Of a stretch of DNA of 64,000 nucleotides, positions 31,364 to 43,827 are shown in pieces. The stretch's first letter is position 1, and the number at the start of each line of letters is the position of its first letter. The position numbers and the translations under genes are program-made. The notes beneath the pieces were generated by a model. The model did not search any database and was not told the DNA's origin. It saw nothing but the letters and a program-made list of their open reading frames with translations. Source of the DNA: an uncultured Chloroflexia bacterium (GTDB lineage: Bacteria > Chloroflexota > Limnocylindria > QHBO01); contig CAWGTN010000002.1 of NCBI GenBank assembly GCA_963825525.1, positions 1,376,001 through 1,440,000 on the forward strand, in the 5' to 3' direction.

Positions 31364-31546
31364 ATGAAGGCACTGCTCGTCCTGACCCTGGTCGTCCTCA
31401 TCATCGGCGGTGGCTTGAAGATGGCGGGCGTGCGGCTGCCCCTGATCGACTTCCCGCTCGGCGGCATAGGTGGACCGGGCACCGGACCCGGAATGCCGGA
31501 TGTCCAGATCGAGGCGCCCGGCTTCGGTGACTTCACGGCCCCGTAG
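31364..31546 (+). CDS. Small membrane/secreted protein
   Basis: Hydrophobic N-terminus, 60 aa. Confidence 0.5.
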   Translation: MKALLVLTLVVLIIGGGLKMAGVRLPLIDFPLGGIGGPGTGPGMPDVQIEAPGFGDFTAP

Positions 31547-31601
31547 CTGGCCGCCCGGATCTCGAGACCTCCCCCTGCGGGTCAGCGAGTGACATGCCAG
31601 G

Positions 31602-31913
31602 TCAGGAGAGGATGAGGATCGAAGCCGTGTTCGCGGCAAAGCCGATGACGCCCAGGCTGGTGGCAGAGGCGCCACCCCAGACCAACAGACGTGGGAAACG
31701 GCTCGCGCTGACGACCAACAGGCCGATGGTCAGCAGTAGCACGGATGCCTTCGCGATGAGTACGCCGCCAAGCCCAGCAGCGTGGTAGAGGACGGTCGCA
31801 ATGCCGTTGCTTTCGAGACCGATCCCAAACCGGCTCACGCCGAGCGTGAACGTGAATGCGTCCGCAAGCTGTGCGACGACAATCCCGAAGAGAATGAACC
31901 GGACGGTGAACAC
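31602..31913 (-). CDS. Small 3-TM membrane protein (DUF5658-like)
   Basis: LAD..T, ESN, K motifs within TM segments. Confidence 0.6.
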   Translation of the reverse strand: MFTVRFILFGIVVAQLADAFTFTLGVSRFGIGLESNGIATVLYHAAGLGGVLIAKASVLLLTIGLLVVSASRFPRLLVWGGASATSLGVIGFAANTASILILS

Positions 31914-32042
31914 GCTAGTTCAACAGCACGAATTGGGCCATCAGTCCCGGGTGGCAACTGGCCCATCAGGCCCATGTGCCACTGCGGGCCGAGCACCTGA
32001 TACTTCAGGCGACCGAGCAAGCCCACTACGAGGTCCGAACTC

Positions 32043-32201
32043 ATGCAGTACCTGCCGCTATTCCTGCTCTTCATGGCCACCCTCATCGCCGCATACTTCT
32101 ACCTCGAGCGGGCGAAGGCGCGCCCGAAGACCACTGATGTCGACGAAGCCACCGAGCCGGCAGCCCCAGCAGCTCCAGCCTCGACGGAGCAGGGCGAGTA
32201 G
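32043..32201 (+). CDS. 52-aa single-TM protein
   Basis: MQYLPLFLLFMATLIAAYFYLERAK..., GAGGT RBS; not in the ORF track. Confidence 0.55.
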   Translation: MQYLPLFLLFMATLIAAYFYLERAKARPKTTDVDEATEPAAPAAPASTEQGE

Positions 32202-32461
32202 TCGAGTTTCTCGCACCCAATCATTCCCCGAGAATGGCGGAACAAACTACCGAGTCAGCGCTGAACGACCGATAGACGGCATCGCAATGTTCGATACCTC
32301 CGCGGGGCGTCTAACATCCGGGGCAGACCGCTCGCGTTGCCCAGAATTCGGGGTAGCCTCCAATTTCAAGCCTAAGTCGACGAAGGCCTGCACCTGAGAG
32401 GCCAGCCCGACCCCTTCGACGAACGACTAACACGCCGCGTGCTTCGCTCGCGCCGCTAAAT

Positions 32462-33895
32462 GTGCCTAGGCCGTCGGCTTTGACCTTAGCGCCGGTCCTC
32501 TTGGCGCTCGCATTCGTCCTGAACGTGTATGTCGATTCCGGCGAGGTCCTAGAAACGCTGCCGCGCCCACTTGCGATAGCGGCGGGATTGGCAGCCGGGC
32601 TGCAGGTCCTCGGGACCATTCTCCTGCGATCGGTGCCGCGGGGCGCCGTCGCCGCGGTGCTCGCGCTTGTCTCGCTCGTTCACCCGATTGGCCTGGTGCT
32701 GCTAGTGGCGGCCGGCCTCATTAGTCGAATCCTCACCCGCCGCGGGCTCCTGAAGGTGCCGGTGGGCGTGGTCGGTGTGCCCATCGCGCTGCTTTTCGCC
32801 GTCTCGACGGTGCGGGTCGTGACTGGCCCTGCGTTTGACATCCGCGACTTGACCAACCCAACGGCCGCCACAAGCACCCGATCAGACCTACCAGACATCT
32901 TCACGGTCCTATTGGATGCCTATCCGCGAACCGACACATTGGCGGGTTTCGGCTATGACAATACCTGGTTCGAGGTTCAACTGGCCGCCCGAGGGTTCGA
33001 TGTTGCACCACGATCTCGGAGCAACTATGCGTGGACGTACCTGGTCCTGCCGACCACCTTCCACATGGCGCACGCTGACGACATCGCAAGCCTAAGTCCG
33101 CCGCCCGGATCCCGGACAGAGCAGCGACGCGCGATCCGGGAGGCCATGAGCCATACGCCGGCCACCGCCAGAATGCGGGAGGCTGGGTATCGCGTGGTGT
33201 CCGCAGGGCTCCCAGGAAGCTCCCTGACGCTGCGCGATGTGGACGAGTATCGAGGTGACACCAGCATTACGATCTTCGAGCATCAGGTCCTCGAGCGGAT
33301 GCTCATCGGTCGGATCATGGAACCTATCGTGCTGTCGGCTTATCGAGACCGGACACTAAACACTTTCAACCTGATCGAGGAGGTCGCCGACGAACCGGCT
33401 TCCACCTTCATGTTCGCGCACGTGCTAAGTCCGCACGTGCCTTTCGTATTTGACCAGGCCGGCGGCATGCCACAGCCCCAATGTTCGCCGTCATGTAATC
33501 GCTACCGCCTTCGAGTTGACGAATCGGGAATGGACACCCAGGAATTCAACACTGCGTACGCCAACCAAGTTCACTACCTCAACGGACGAATGTTGGCGGT
33601 GATCGACACCATTCTCGAGAAATCGCCCGACGCCGTGATCGTCCTGTTCTCAGACCATGGCTCACGCTCCAGTCATGATGTCGCGGATGAGTGGTACTCC
33701 ACGCTATTCGCCGCGCGCACGCCTGGGCACCCCAATCTATATGGTCCCGAACCAAGGTCCATCGAGATCTTCCCGCGCCTGTTTGGCGCGTACTTCGATG
33801 ACGAAGTGGTGATTCCTCCTGACACCAGCTTTCAGTCCCCGTATCGCAACCAGTTGCCTCTGACGACTGAGCCGTGGCCGAGTCGCGTTCCCTGA
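32462..33895 (+). CDS. Membrane-anchored sulfatase / alkaline-phosphatase-superfamily protein (copy 1)
   Basis: N-terminal TMs; LLDAYPR.DTL, SNY.WT, H..SPH.PF, SDHG. Confidence 0.82.
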   Translation: MPRPSALTLAPVLLALAFVLNVYVDSGEVLETLPRPLAIAAGLAAGLQVLGTILLRSVPRGAVAAVLALVSLVHPIGLVLLVAAGLISRILTRRGLLKVPVGVVGVPIALLFAVSTVRVVTGPAFDIRDLTNPTAATSTRSDLPDIFTVLLDAYPRTDTLAGFGYDNTWFEVQLAARGFDVAPRSRSNYAWTYLVLPTTFHMAHADDIASLSPPPGSRTEQRRAIREAMSHTPATARMREAGYRVVSAGLPGSSLTLRDVDEYRGDTSITIFEHQVLERMLIGRIMEPIVLSAYRDRTLNTFNLIEEVADEPASTFMFAHVLSPHVPFVFDQAGGMPQPQCSPSCNRYRLRVDESGMDTQEFNTAYANQVHYLNGRMLAVIDTILEKSPDAVIVLFSDHGSRSSHDVADEWYSTLFAARTPGHPNLYGPEPRSIEIFPRLFGAYFDDEVVIPPDTSFQSPYRNQLPLTTEPWPSRVP

Positions 33896-34060
33896 CAAGG
33901 GAGGCGCAAACCGAGCAATGGGCGCCTGGTACGAATGGAATCAGGGCGAGGTGATCGCCGAGATCGCAAGTCCGGACGGTCGAATAGGACGTTTGGACCT
34001 TGCCGCCGATTCCACACTGCGGCAGACTGCGCTCGCACGTGTCTCAAGGGGAATCATCTC

Positions 34061-34234
34061 GTGGTATTTGCGTATCTCGACCCGGCAGCAGGCGGCATGA
34101 TCATTCAGTCGATCGTTGCGCTCGCAGTTGCCTTGCCATTCATTCTTCGGGCCCAGATCACTCGGGGCCTCGATCGTATTCGCGGTCGGAACGCCGTCGC
34201 GAAAGCAGAGGACCAGGAGTCCTCGACGGACTGA
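34061..34234 (+). CDS. Small AYLDP-motif membrane protein
   Basis: VVFAYLDPAAGGMIIQSIVA; AAGGGG RBS. Confidence 0.7.
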   Translation: MVFAYLDPAAGGMIIQSIVALAVALPFILRAQITRGLDRIRGRNAVAKAEDQESSTD

Positions 34235-34333
34235 CGCCTCGAAGACCGACAGGCGCGCCGTCGCTCGTCGGCGAATTCGGCCGTCGCGGGTTCGGGCTTC
34301 TCACGGGCCAATTCGAGGTGTCCTGAGGTGGCG

Positions 34334-35657
34334 ATGCAACCGACGAAGAGGACCGTCTATGTGGGCATGAGCGCGGACCTCGTGCACCCCGGCCACCTCA
34401 ACATCATCGCGACTGCTCGCGAGCTCGGCGAGGTCACCATCGGCCTGCTGACCGACGCCGCGATCGCCAGCTACAAGCGCCTGCCGTACATGAGTCTCGA
34501 GCAGCGCCGGGTCGTGGTCGAGAACATCCAGGGCGTCGCGCGCGTGGTGCCGCAGGAGACCCTCGACTACGAGCCGAATCTGCGGCGCTACAGGCCCGAC
34601 TTCGTCGTGCACGGGGATGACTGGCAGGACGGCGTCCAGGCCGCCACTGCGGCAGCGAGTGATCGACGTCCTGGCCGAGTGGGGCGGCGAGCTCGTGGAG
34701 GTCGCCGTACACCCAGGGAATCTCGTCGACGCGCGCTGAACCAGCTCGCTGAAGGAGATCGGCGTCACGCCGACCGTCCGGATGCAGCGCTTCCGGCGCC
34801 TGCTCGAGGCCAAGCCGCTGATCCGCCTGCTGGAGGCGCACAACGGGCTGACCGGCCTGATCGTGGAGCGAACGAGCGTCGAACCGAGCACGGGCCGCGG
34901 GAGTTCGACGGCATGTGGCTCAGCAGCCTCACCGACTCGACCGCCAAGGGCAAGCCGGACATCGAGGCGGTGGACGTGACCTCGACGCAGTCCAGACGGT
35001 GAATGACATCGTCGAGGTGACCACGAAGCCGATCGTCTACGACGGCGACACCGGCGGAAAGCCGGAGCACTTCGTGTTCACGGTGAAGACCCTGGAGCGA
35101 CTCGGCGTGTCCGCCGTGATCATCGAGGACAAGGTCGGGCTCAAGAAGAACTCGCTGTTCGGCACCGATGCGCAGCAGATGCAGGACTCCATCGAGTCGT
35201 TCTGCGCACCGCATCGGCGCCGGCAAGAAGGCGCAAGGTCACCGACGAGTTCATGATCATCGCCCGGATCGAGAGCCTGATCCTGGGCCAGGGCGTGGAT
35301 GATGCGCTGACCCGCGCGCACGGCCTATATCGACGCCGGAGCCGACGGGATCATGATCCACAGCAGCCAGCCCACGCCGGACGAGATCCTGGAGTTCTGT
35401 GCCGAGCTATCGCGGGCCTTCCGAGGCGCGTGCCCGCTGGTCGTCGTCCCGATCGACCTACAACAGCCATCCACGAGGACGAGCTCGAGGCAGCCGGCGT
35501 CAACATCGTCATCTACGCCAACCACTGCTGCGGAGCGCGTATCCGGCCATGGTGGCCACGGCGCGAGTCGATCCTGGAGCACGGGCGGTCGCTGGAGAGC
35601 GACGAGGCGCTGATGCCCATCAAGGAGATCCTGCGCCTCATCCCCGGTGGCTCGTGA
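34334..35657 (+). CDS. pepM: Cytidylyltransferase-phosphoenolpyruvate mutase fusion (frameshifted)
   Basis: DLVHPGH (HxGH), VHGDDW, EAHNGL, DGDTGG, diagnostic [10 protein letters not shown]. Confidence 0.93.
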
Positions 35658-36802
35658 TCGCAGCCGGCCGACTTCTACGAGTCGATGCGGCGCCACGGGC
35701 TCACGTACTTCACCGGCGTCCCGGATTCGCTCCTCAAGGACCTCTGCGCCTACATCAACGACCAGGTTCCGGCCGGCCGACCACGTGATCAACGCGAACG
35801 AGGGATCCGCGGTCGGCCTCGCAGCGGGCTACCACCTCGCGACGGGCAAGGTCCCCGTCGTCTATCTGCAGAACTCGGGCATCGGCAACGCGATCAACCC
35901 GCTGCTGTCGCTGGCGGATCCGGCGGTCTACGCGATCCCGATGCTTTTGATCATCGGCTGGCGCGGCGAGCCCGGCGATCGAGGACGAGCCGCAGCACGT
36001 CACGCAGGGCCGCCTCATGGACGGGCTGCTCGAGGCCATCGGCATGCCGTTCGAGGTCATCGGCGCCGACACGGATGACTACCGCCGAGCATCCTCGGCC
36101 GTGCTTGCCGAGGACTTCGGTCGCGGGTGCTGATCGCGCGCGTTGCTCGATCCGGAGGGAACGTTCGCAGCGCTATGCGCTCAGACAACCCAGGAATCCG
36201 ATTGGCCGAGTTGACGCGCACCGGGTGCGATCGGCTCGTCCTGGCGGAGCTCGCAGCCCGACGACATGCTGGTCTCGACGACGGGCATGACCTCGCGCGA
36301 GGTGTTGGCGTACCGGGAAGCGGCAGGAGGGCCATCACGATCGCGACTTCCTGACCGTCGGGTCCATGGGCCACAGCTCGCAGATCGCGCTCGGCATCGC
36401 CCAGCATCGCCCGCGCAGCAGGTCTTCTGCCTCGACGGTGACGGCGCGGTGATCATGCACATGGGCAGCCTCGCGATCATCGGCACGCAGCGGCCGACCG
36501 AACCTGCGCCACATCGTCATCAACAACGGTGCGCACGACTCCGTCGGCGGCCAGCCGACGGCCGCTCAGCAGATCAACCTGTCGGCAGTGGCATCTGCTT
36601 GCGGCTACGCGTACGCGGAGTCGGTTTCCGACCGTGACATGGCGCTGAGGCTCTCGACCGCCTGAAAGAGCACCCGGGCCCGACAATGCTGGAGATCCGC
36701 GTCGCCGGCAGTCCCCATACGGAAGCCGGGCGGCCGACGACGACACCCCACCAGAACAAGCTCGCCTTCATGCAGGCCATGGGTGCTCGTGAGTCCGGGT
36801 AA
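35654..36802 (+). CDS. ppd: Phosphonopyruvate decarboxylase (frameshifted)
   Basis: [58 protein letters not shown]. Confidence 0.92.
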
Positions 36803-37948
36803 CGCGTGGGAGTACCGCAACCCGGTCAACGTCGTGTTCGGGGCGGGGCGGCTGGACGAACTGGGCGACCACACACGTGGTCGTGCCCTGGTCGTGACGT
36901 CGGCCGGCACGACCGGCCGCGGAGTGACCGGCCGCGTCGCCGATCTGCTCGCGCACGAAGGGTCGGTGGTCTATGACGGCGTGGAGTCGAATCCGACGCT
37001 CGCCCAGGTCGGAGAAGCCATCTCCATGGCACGCGAGGAGCAGGTCGACATGATCGTCGCCATTGGTGGCGGAAGCTCGCTCGACGTGGGCAAGGTCCTG
37101 AGCCTCGCGCTCGTGGCGCCGAGCTTCGCGCTGGGCGACCTGGTGACAGGCGAGCACCCATGGAATGACATTGAGCCGCTACCCCTGGTCGCAATTCCCA
37201 CGACCGCCGGCACCGGAAGCGAAGTGACGCCCACGGCCACACTCTGGGACGGAGATGCGCTGAGGAAGATGTCAGCGACGACACCGCGGCTGTTCCCCAC
37301 GACCGCCCTCATCGATCCGGAGCTTGCGTTGTCACTTCCGTGGGAGGCCACGCTCGGGCCGGGACTCGACGCATACTCGCAATGCTTCGAGGCCATCTGC
37401 AATCGAAACGCGACCCCCCTGACGACACACCTCGCGGAACGTGGTCTGAGCCTGGTGCCGCGAGCCTTGCGACGGCTGCGCACCGACCCCACGTCCATCG
37501 ACGCCCGAACCGAGATGGCGGAGGCCGCACTGCTGTCCGGCCTGGCGATCAGCCAGACTCGCACCGGCGCTCGGGCATTCGATGTCATACCCGATCACCG
37601 CCCACTTCGGCGTCCCCCACGGGCTCGCCTGTGCGCTCGCGCTGCCGGCGGTTTTGGCCTTCAACCTCGAGACCGATGACGGACGCCTCGCGGACGTCGC
37701 GGCTCAGACCGGCCTCGATGGTCCTGACGCCCTGGTGCCAACGCTGCTCGACCTGTATGGCGAGCTCGGCGTTGCCGATGCGATCCGACCGGGCGTGCCG
37801 GACATCCGTGCGCTCAGGGCATTCGTGCCGGAGATGCTCACTGCGGGCCGAGCCGACAACAACATCCGTCCGGCTGATCAGGCCGATGTTGCCGAAATCC
37901 TTGCAGTGACCGACGGCGTGGTTCCAGCCCGGGCAAGGTGCATCGTGA
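36783..37948 (+). CDS. Fe-containing alcohol dehydrogenase, probable phosphonoacetaldehyde reductase (frameshifted)
   Basis: GGGSSLDVGK, PTTAGTGSEVT, SYPIT..FGVPHG; follows ppd. Confidence 0.85.
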
Positions 37949-39105
37949 ACCTTCCCGGACTGGCCTTCTTTCGCGAACAGGGTGCGATGCGGGCGTTCGA
38001 AAGCGCAGGACCCGGCGTTTCGCGAACTGGTCTTCTACTCCGAGGGCGCGGGTGACTGGCCGCACATCGGGCCGGTGATCCAGGCGCTCCTCGCCGAACA
38101 CGACCAGAACATCAGCTACCTGAGCTCCGACCCGACGGATCCGGGGATGAGCATCAAGGATCCGCGGTTCCGTGCCTTCGCGATCGGCTCGGGGACGATC
38201 CGCACGATTCTCTTTGCTCGGATGGATTGCAGGCACTTCGTCATGACCCTGCCGGACCTGGGCAACCTGTGGTTGAAGCGCTCAGTGCATCCGGTCCACT
38301 ACATCTACCTGTTCCACTCGATCAACAGCAGCCATACGGCCTACCGACCGGGCGCGTTCGACGAATTCGACACCGTTCTGTGTGTGGGCCCGCACCATGT
38401 GGACGAGATCCGCAAGACCGAAGCCCTCCACGACCTGCCCGCGAAGCAGCTGGTGGAGCACGGGAGCGCCAAGCTCGACACGGTGCTGGCCCAGTTCGCC
38501 GACGTGACCGACTCTCCGGAGCGCGCCGCGACCTCCGAGATCCTGGTGGCGCCGACCTGGGGTGACAGCTCGCTCATCGAGCGGCCGGTGGGGCGGGAGC
38601 TCATTGACGCGCTGGTGACCTCCGGTTTTCGAACGGTGCTGCGATTGCACCCGATGACGGTACGGCGGCTACCGGAACTCGTCGCGGACCTGCGCCGCGC
38701 CTATCGTGACGAGCCGCTGTTCCGTCTCGAGGACGACATGAACGTCACCGAGTCATGGCTCCGATCCGATCTGATGATCAGCGACTGGTCGGGGGCCGCG
38801 ATCGAGTACGCCTTCGCGCTTCTTAAACCGGTCATCTACGTAAATACGCCCGCGAAGATCCTGAATGATGACTGGGAGCGGATCGGTGCCGCAGTCGTTC
38901 GAGGCGAGCATTCGGAGCCAGATCGGCCACGTCGTGGAGCCCGAGGCAGTGGCCGAGGTCCCAAGGGTGATCGAGTCGGCACTTCGCGATACGGATGGCA
39001 TTCGCGACCGGCTCCTCTACTGCGCGGTCACGCCACATCTTCAACGTCGGCGAAAGCAGCCGGGCAGCGGCCGAGTTCCTGGTGTCGCTGGCCACCCCGC
39101 GTTGA
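37945..39105 (+). CDS. CDP-glycerol:glycerophosphotransferase-family (TagB/F-like) protein (frameshifted)
   Basis: VFYSE, FHS..S.H..Y, APTWG, LRLHP, MISDWSG..IEY. Confidence 0.75.
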
Positions 39106-40632
39106 GCGAGGTAGCCGCCGAGGTCGGTCGGCCACGATCAGGCACGGCCGAGCGACTGCTGCTGATCGGGCAACCGTTCCTGTTCGCGCTAGCCGCGATC
39201 GCCGAGGCGTATGTCGCGGTGCCCACGACGATCGAGTCGCTCGCGCGACCGACCCTGACTGTCCTGGCCTTCGTTGGTGGGGTGCTCATCGTTGCGCGGC
39301 TCGTGACCCGAGGCTGGGTGTGGGCGACGCTCATCACAAGCTTGTTCGTCCTCTTCTCATTCCGGCAGCTCGTTCTTGCGCTCGCCATCGCGGCGGCGGT
39401 GGCGTCTTGGCCCTTGCTCATGGGATTGCGTGGCGTCACCGGTCTCCCGCCGCCGTCGCCGACAATCCCGAGGAATGTGGCGCGCGCCAGTGGCATCTTC
39501 AGTTTGGCGCTCGCGCTGATCATGACCGTGGGCGCAACGCGCGCGGCACTGGCGGGGCGTCCCGAGATGCACCTACCGCAGTACGCGGGTGCCGGGAGTG
39601 GCGGCCCGAGCATCTACCTGGTGCTGTTGGACGGATACCCGCGAGCTGACACGTTGCAGGAGACATTTGGTATCGACAATCAACCCTTCCTGGACGAGCT
39701 GGCTGGCTTGGGCTTCAGCGTCTCTGACGCGGCCAGGACGAACTACAACAAGACATGGCTCACCCTCGCGTCAATGCTGAACGGCGCATACATCGAGGAT
39801 CTGCTCGGCGATCAACCACTCCCCGCCGATGCTCCCAGTGAGCTCCGCTGGCTCCACACCTTGATCGACGAATCGAGCATCCCGAACATGCTCCGCGACC
39901 GGGGATACCTGCTCGCGACGGTGCCGTCACCTTATCTATCGACCGCGCTCACGAGTGCGGACGAGGTTCGCGACGGGGGGACTCTCAATGAGTTCGAGGT
40001 CAAGCTGCTCTCGTCGTCGCCATGGGCCACCGTGTTTCGAGATCAGGTCGCTTCCGTACTCTATGGCGGCCAAAGTCGGCAGGTCGATTGATGCCTTGGA
40101 GAGCACCTTGGACATCGCCGAGTCGAAGTCGTCCAATCCCCTGTTCGTGCTGACTCATGTCCACAGCCCTCACCCTCCATTCGTACTGCGGCCGAGCTCC
40201 AACAGTGGGCAAACATCCGTTCCGGACTGCTTTCCCGATTGTTCGTTGTGGGAGGCACGCACAGAGTTCATGGGTATAACTCCTCGACGAATACCGCGCC
40301 GGCCTGAGTCTCCAGATCGAGGCGCTCAACGAGCGGGTGTTGGCTGGGGCCCGCGGAAATTGTTGCGGCGGACCCAGAATGCAGTCGTCATCCTGATGTC
40401 GGACCACGGCACCCGGTACTCCGAGGGCGACATTGCGGAACAGTACCGGTCGTTCCTCGCCGCCCGAACGCCGGGAGCGGCTGGGCTGTTTCCCGAAGAC
40501 GAGTCGCCGGTGAACATTCTCCGGCGACTCATGGCGGCCTACTTCGGCACGGATGTCGAGGCGCTGCCGTTCCAATCCTGGAGTCTTGAATGGGCCTTCA
40601 ATCTCCGACTCACGCCGATCCTCCAGGATTGA
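39102..40632 (+). CDS. Membrane sulfatase-like protein (copy 2, frameshifted)
   Basis: LLDGYPRADTL, NYNKTWL.LASML, H..SPHPPF, SDHG. Confidence 0.8.
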
Positions 40633-40743
40633 TCTCGGTGTTGTGGGACGATCGGACTAGTTACCGTTCGAGTCTGCCGCGAATAGCCTCCGAAGTCCCA
40701 CCACCCGCACCGGACCATCTCACCAAATGTGCGCCACGAATCC

Positions 40744-42309
40744 ATGAACACGGCTGACACGCCCCCAACGTGGCGACGGCTACGAGGCATACCCTGGCAC
40801 CCGGGGCTCTTCGCGGCGTCGATCGTGCTCGCGTACTGGCTCGACACGGTGGTGAGCCCGTATGCCGCATTCCGATCCCTGGTCGTCGCCGTCATCGGCG
40901 CCGTCGTCCTGACCTTGGCGTTCTGGGCACTGACACGCAACATCGCGCGCGGCGGGATTGTGGCCAGCGCGGTCATCGGTCTCCTGTACAGCAAGCACCT
41001 TGCGGAGTTCGGGTTCGATGTCCAGGAGCTTGCGCCGACCTGGCTGTTCATCACATGGATCATTGCGATCGCCGCAGTGGCCGTTTTGGCGATCCGCATG
41101 CTTCGGAAGCGAGCGGCACAATGGCCGGCCGGCCGCGTGAACGCGGTATTGAACTGGGGCGGCGCGCTCTATCTCGGGTCGACCATCGCCATGGGGCTGC
41201 TGTCGGGCAAGTTCGCATACGCTGCCGGCGAATTGGACCAGGGCGTTCCGCTGGCGGATGCCGCAAGTGAGCCGATCACGCTCGCCGACCCAACCTCACC
41301 GGACATCTATCTCATCCTGCTGGACGGATATCCAAGGGCTGACGTCCTTGCCGAAGCCTTCGACTACGACAACACCGACTTCATCGCCGCGCTTGAGGGG
41401 CGGGGGTTCACAGTCGCTACCGAGAGCCGGTCTGACTACCTGTGGACGCGTCAGTCGCTGGCGTCGATGCTCCACATGGACTACGTCGAGCGGATCCCTG
41501 GCTTCCTGGACGTCCTCGAGGGGCGGGCGCCACAGAATCCGACTCTGCGCGAGCTCGCCAATCAGAACCCCGCGTTCACGGTGGCACGGGACCACGGTTA
41601 CCAGGTCGTGGCCACTGCTTACGAGTTCGAGGAGCTCGCTTTGCGACAGGCGGACGTGTATGTCGATCCGGGGTACCTGAATGAGTTCGAGTTCAAGCTG
41701 CTCGTATCCACGTTCATCGGCGACGCGATGGCCCTAGTGGCCCCAGACTTCGCATCCGCGCAGCACCGCGACTGGATCGATTATCAGCTTGGCGCGCTGG
41801 GCGAGATCGCCGATACCGGCAGCAGCGGCGACCCGCGCCTCGTGCTCGGCCACATCCCGGCGCCGCACCAACCAACGGTCTTCGGCCCAGACGGGGAGGC
41901 GGTCGTGGTCCCGATCAGCCGATACTTTTTCGCTGATTCGCCGCTCGAGCGCGGAGAGCCCGCCGACGAGTTCGCTGACAAGTACCGAGACCAGCTTGGC
42001 TACCTGAACGAACGATTCCTCGAGATGGTGGACGACATTCTCGCCAATTCGGCTGAACCGCCGGTCATCGTGCTCTGGGCAGACCATGGATCGGCATCGC
42101 AGGTCGACTGGGTCGTCACGACCCCGGACGAGGCCGAACCCCGTGCCCTGCGTGAGCGCACAAGCGTCCTGTTCGCCGCCCTCACGCCGGGTGAGTCAGG
42201 AGTCTTTCCGAACGACATCACACCGGCGAGCATCTTCCGGTTCCTCTCCGACAGCTATTTCGGCACTGAGTACGGGCGGGTGCCGTCGTATGGTGGCTAC
42301 GGCGATTGA
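40744..42309 (+). CDS. Membrane sulfatase-like protein (copy 3)
   Basis: LLDGYPRADVL, DY.WT..SLASML, HIPAPH, ADHG. Confidence 0.85.
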   Translation: MNTADTPPTWRRLRGIPWHPGLFAASIVLAYWLDTVVSPYAAFRSLVVAVIGAVVLTLAFWALTRNIARGGIVASAVIGLLYSKHLAEFGFDVQELAPTWLFITWIIAIAAVAVLAIRMLRKRAAQWPAGRVNAVLNWGGALYLGSTIAMGLLSGKFAYAAGELDQGVPLADAASEPITLADPTSPDIYLILLDGYPRADVLAEAFDYDNTDFIAALEGRGFTVATESRSDYLWTRQSLASMLHMDYVERIPGFLDVLEGRAPQNPTLRELANQNPAFTVARDHGYQVVATAYEFEELALRQADVYVDPGYLNEFEFKLLVSTFIGDAMALVAPDFASAQHRDWIDYQLGALGEIADTGSSGDPRLVLGHIPAPHQPTVFGPDGEAVVVPISRYFFADSPLERGEPADEFADKYRDQLGYLNERFLEMVDDILANSAEPPVIVLWADHGSASQVDWVVTTPDEAEPRALRERTSVLFAALTPGESGVFPNDITPASIFRFLSDSYFGTEYGRVPSYGGYGD

Positions 42310-43812
42310 GAACGAGGGCCGGTACCGCGTTCAGACTGGTCAGCCCGTCGGCGTTGGTTGTGGCCATGGTCCTGGTGTTGCTGGATGGCCACTCCGCACC
42401 GCTCTCGGACGCACTGGCGACCGCTCATCGTTGGCGTTGCAGTCGACGCTCATCCTGCAAGTCGCAGCGACGCTGGCGCTGCGCGACCGGCTTCGTGGAA
42501 CGTACGTCACCGCCATCATCGTCTCGGGCGTGCTTGGCCTGTTTGCCGTCACGGGCATCCTGCTGGTCCTCCCGGTCTGGTGGTGGGCGGTCGGCGCGAA
42601 TCGGAGACGGACCGGTCGAGCGGCCGCGCGACCGTTCCCCATGGCGTGGATCGGGCGGGCCGGGGCCATCTTGGCAGGTGTCTTCCTACTCCTCTCGATC
42701 GGCCGAGTCGCGGTGGCGTTCAACCCGCTGGTGCCCGACGCAGCGCCACATCGGCGTAGAGCTGCCCGGGTCGGGCGGTCCCGACATCTTCGTTCTCATC
42801 CTGGACGGATATCCTCGAGCTGACACGCTCGCCGAGGACTTCGGCATCGACAACACCGACTTTCTCTCGGGCACTGGAGAGCGACGGGTTCGTCGTCGAT
42901 GACGCGTCGCGTTCCAACTACATGAAGACATGGCTCAGCGTCGCGTCCATGCTCCACTTGCGGTTCGTTGATGACATCCCGATGCTCCGAGAACCCGACA
43001 CTGGATCCGGCCGGGCAGCACCGACTCGCAGGCCGAGCCATCGAACAGGCGCCGTTCGCCGATGCCCTCCGCGGCCGCGGGTACGAGATCGTCGCCATCA
43101 CCTCGTCCTTTACCGAGACGGACCTGCTGACTGCCGACCGCGTCCTGGATTCCGGGCAACCGACCTACTTTGAAAACTACGTGATGGGGACCACGATGGT
43201 CGCCCGGATCGTGGATTCGGTCGCGCCCGGGTTGCTCGGCGGGCTCCAGGTCGAACAAGCCGATGACGGTCTCACTCACCTGCGAGAACGTCGCGCGAGA
43301 GCAATCCGCGCAGCCGCTCTTCATGCTTGCGCACATCGAGGCGCCACATACGCCGTTTGCCGTGGATGCGGCCGGAGATCCGGTCGCCGATGCCCGATTG
43401 CTACCCTGTCTCGTGCTCGGCGTTCGACCACTACTTCTCCGTCCTGGGCATGACGCGGAGTCGAGTACCGCGAGAGGCTCGAGGGCTATCTGGCCTATAC
43501 CAATCGGCATGGTGCTCGATTCGGTCCATGAGCTCGTGCAAGCATCGGCCAGAGGCTGTCGTCCTGGTGCTGTCCGATCACGGTTCCCGCTACGACGCGG
43601 ACGACCCGCAGGAGCATTTCCGGAATCTTTTCGCGGCGCGAACCCCAGGGATCGAGGGCGTGTTTCCGCCTGGGACACACCTCGTGAACGTGTTTCGGCA
43701 TCTCTCGAACGCATACTTCGATACTGACTTCGAGCCGCTGCCCTACCGGGCCTTGTTTTCGGACGGACTCCTGCTGAATCTGGTGGAGGTCGACGTCGCG
43801 CCAGCCGACTAG
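42306..43812 (+). CDS. Membrane sulfatase-like protein (copy 4, frameshifted)
   Basis: ILDGYPRADTL, NYMKTWLSVASML, HIEAPH.PF, SDHG. Confidence 0.75.
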
Positions 43813-43827
43813 GGAGGCCCGGGATAC

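Noticed and set aside
37982-39649. 555-aa ORF as a single protein
   Set aside because: The C-terminal part is out-of-frame read-through into the next gene.
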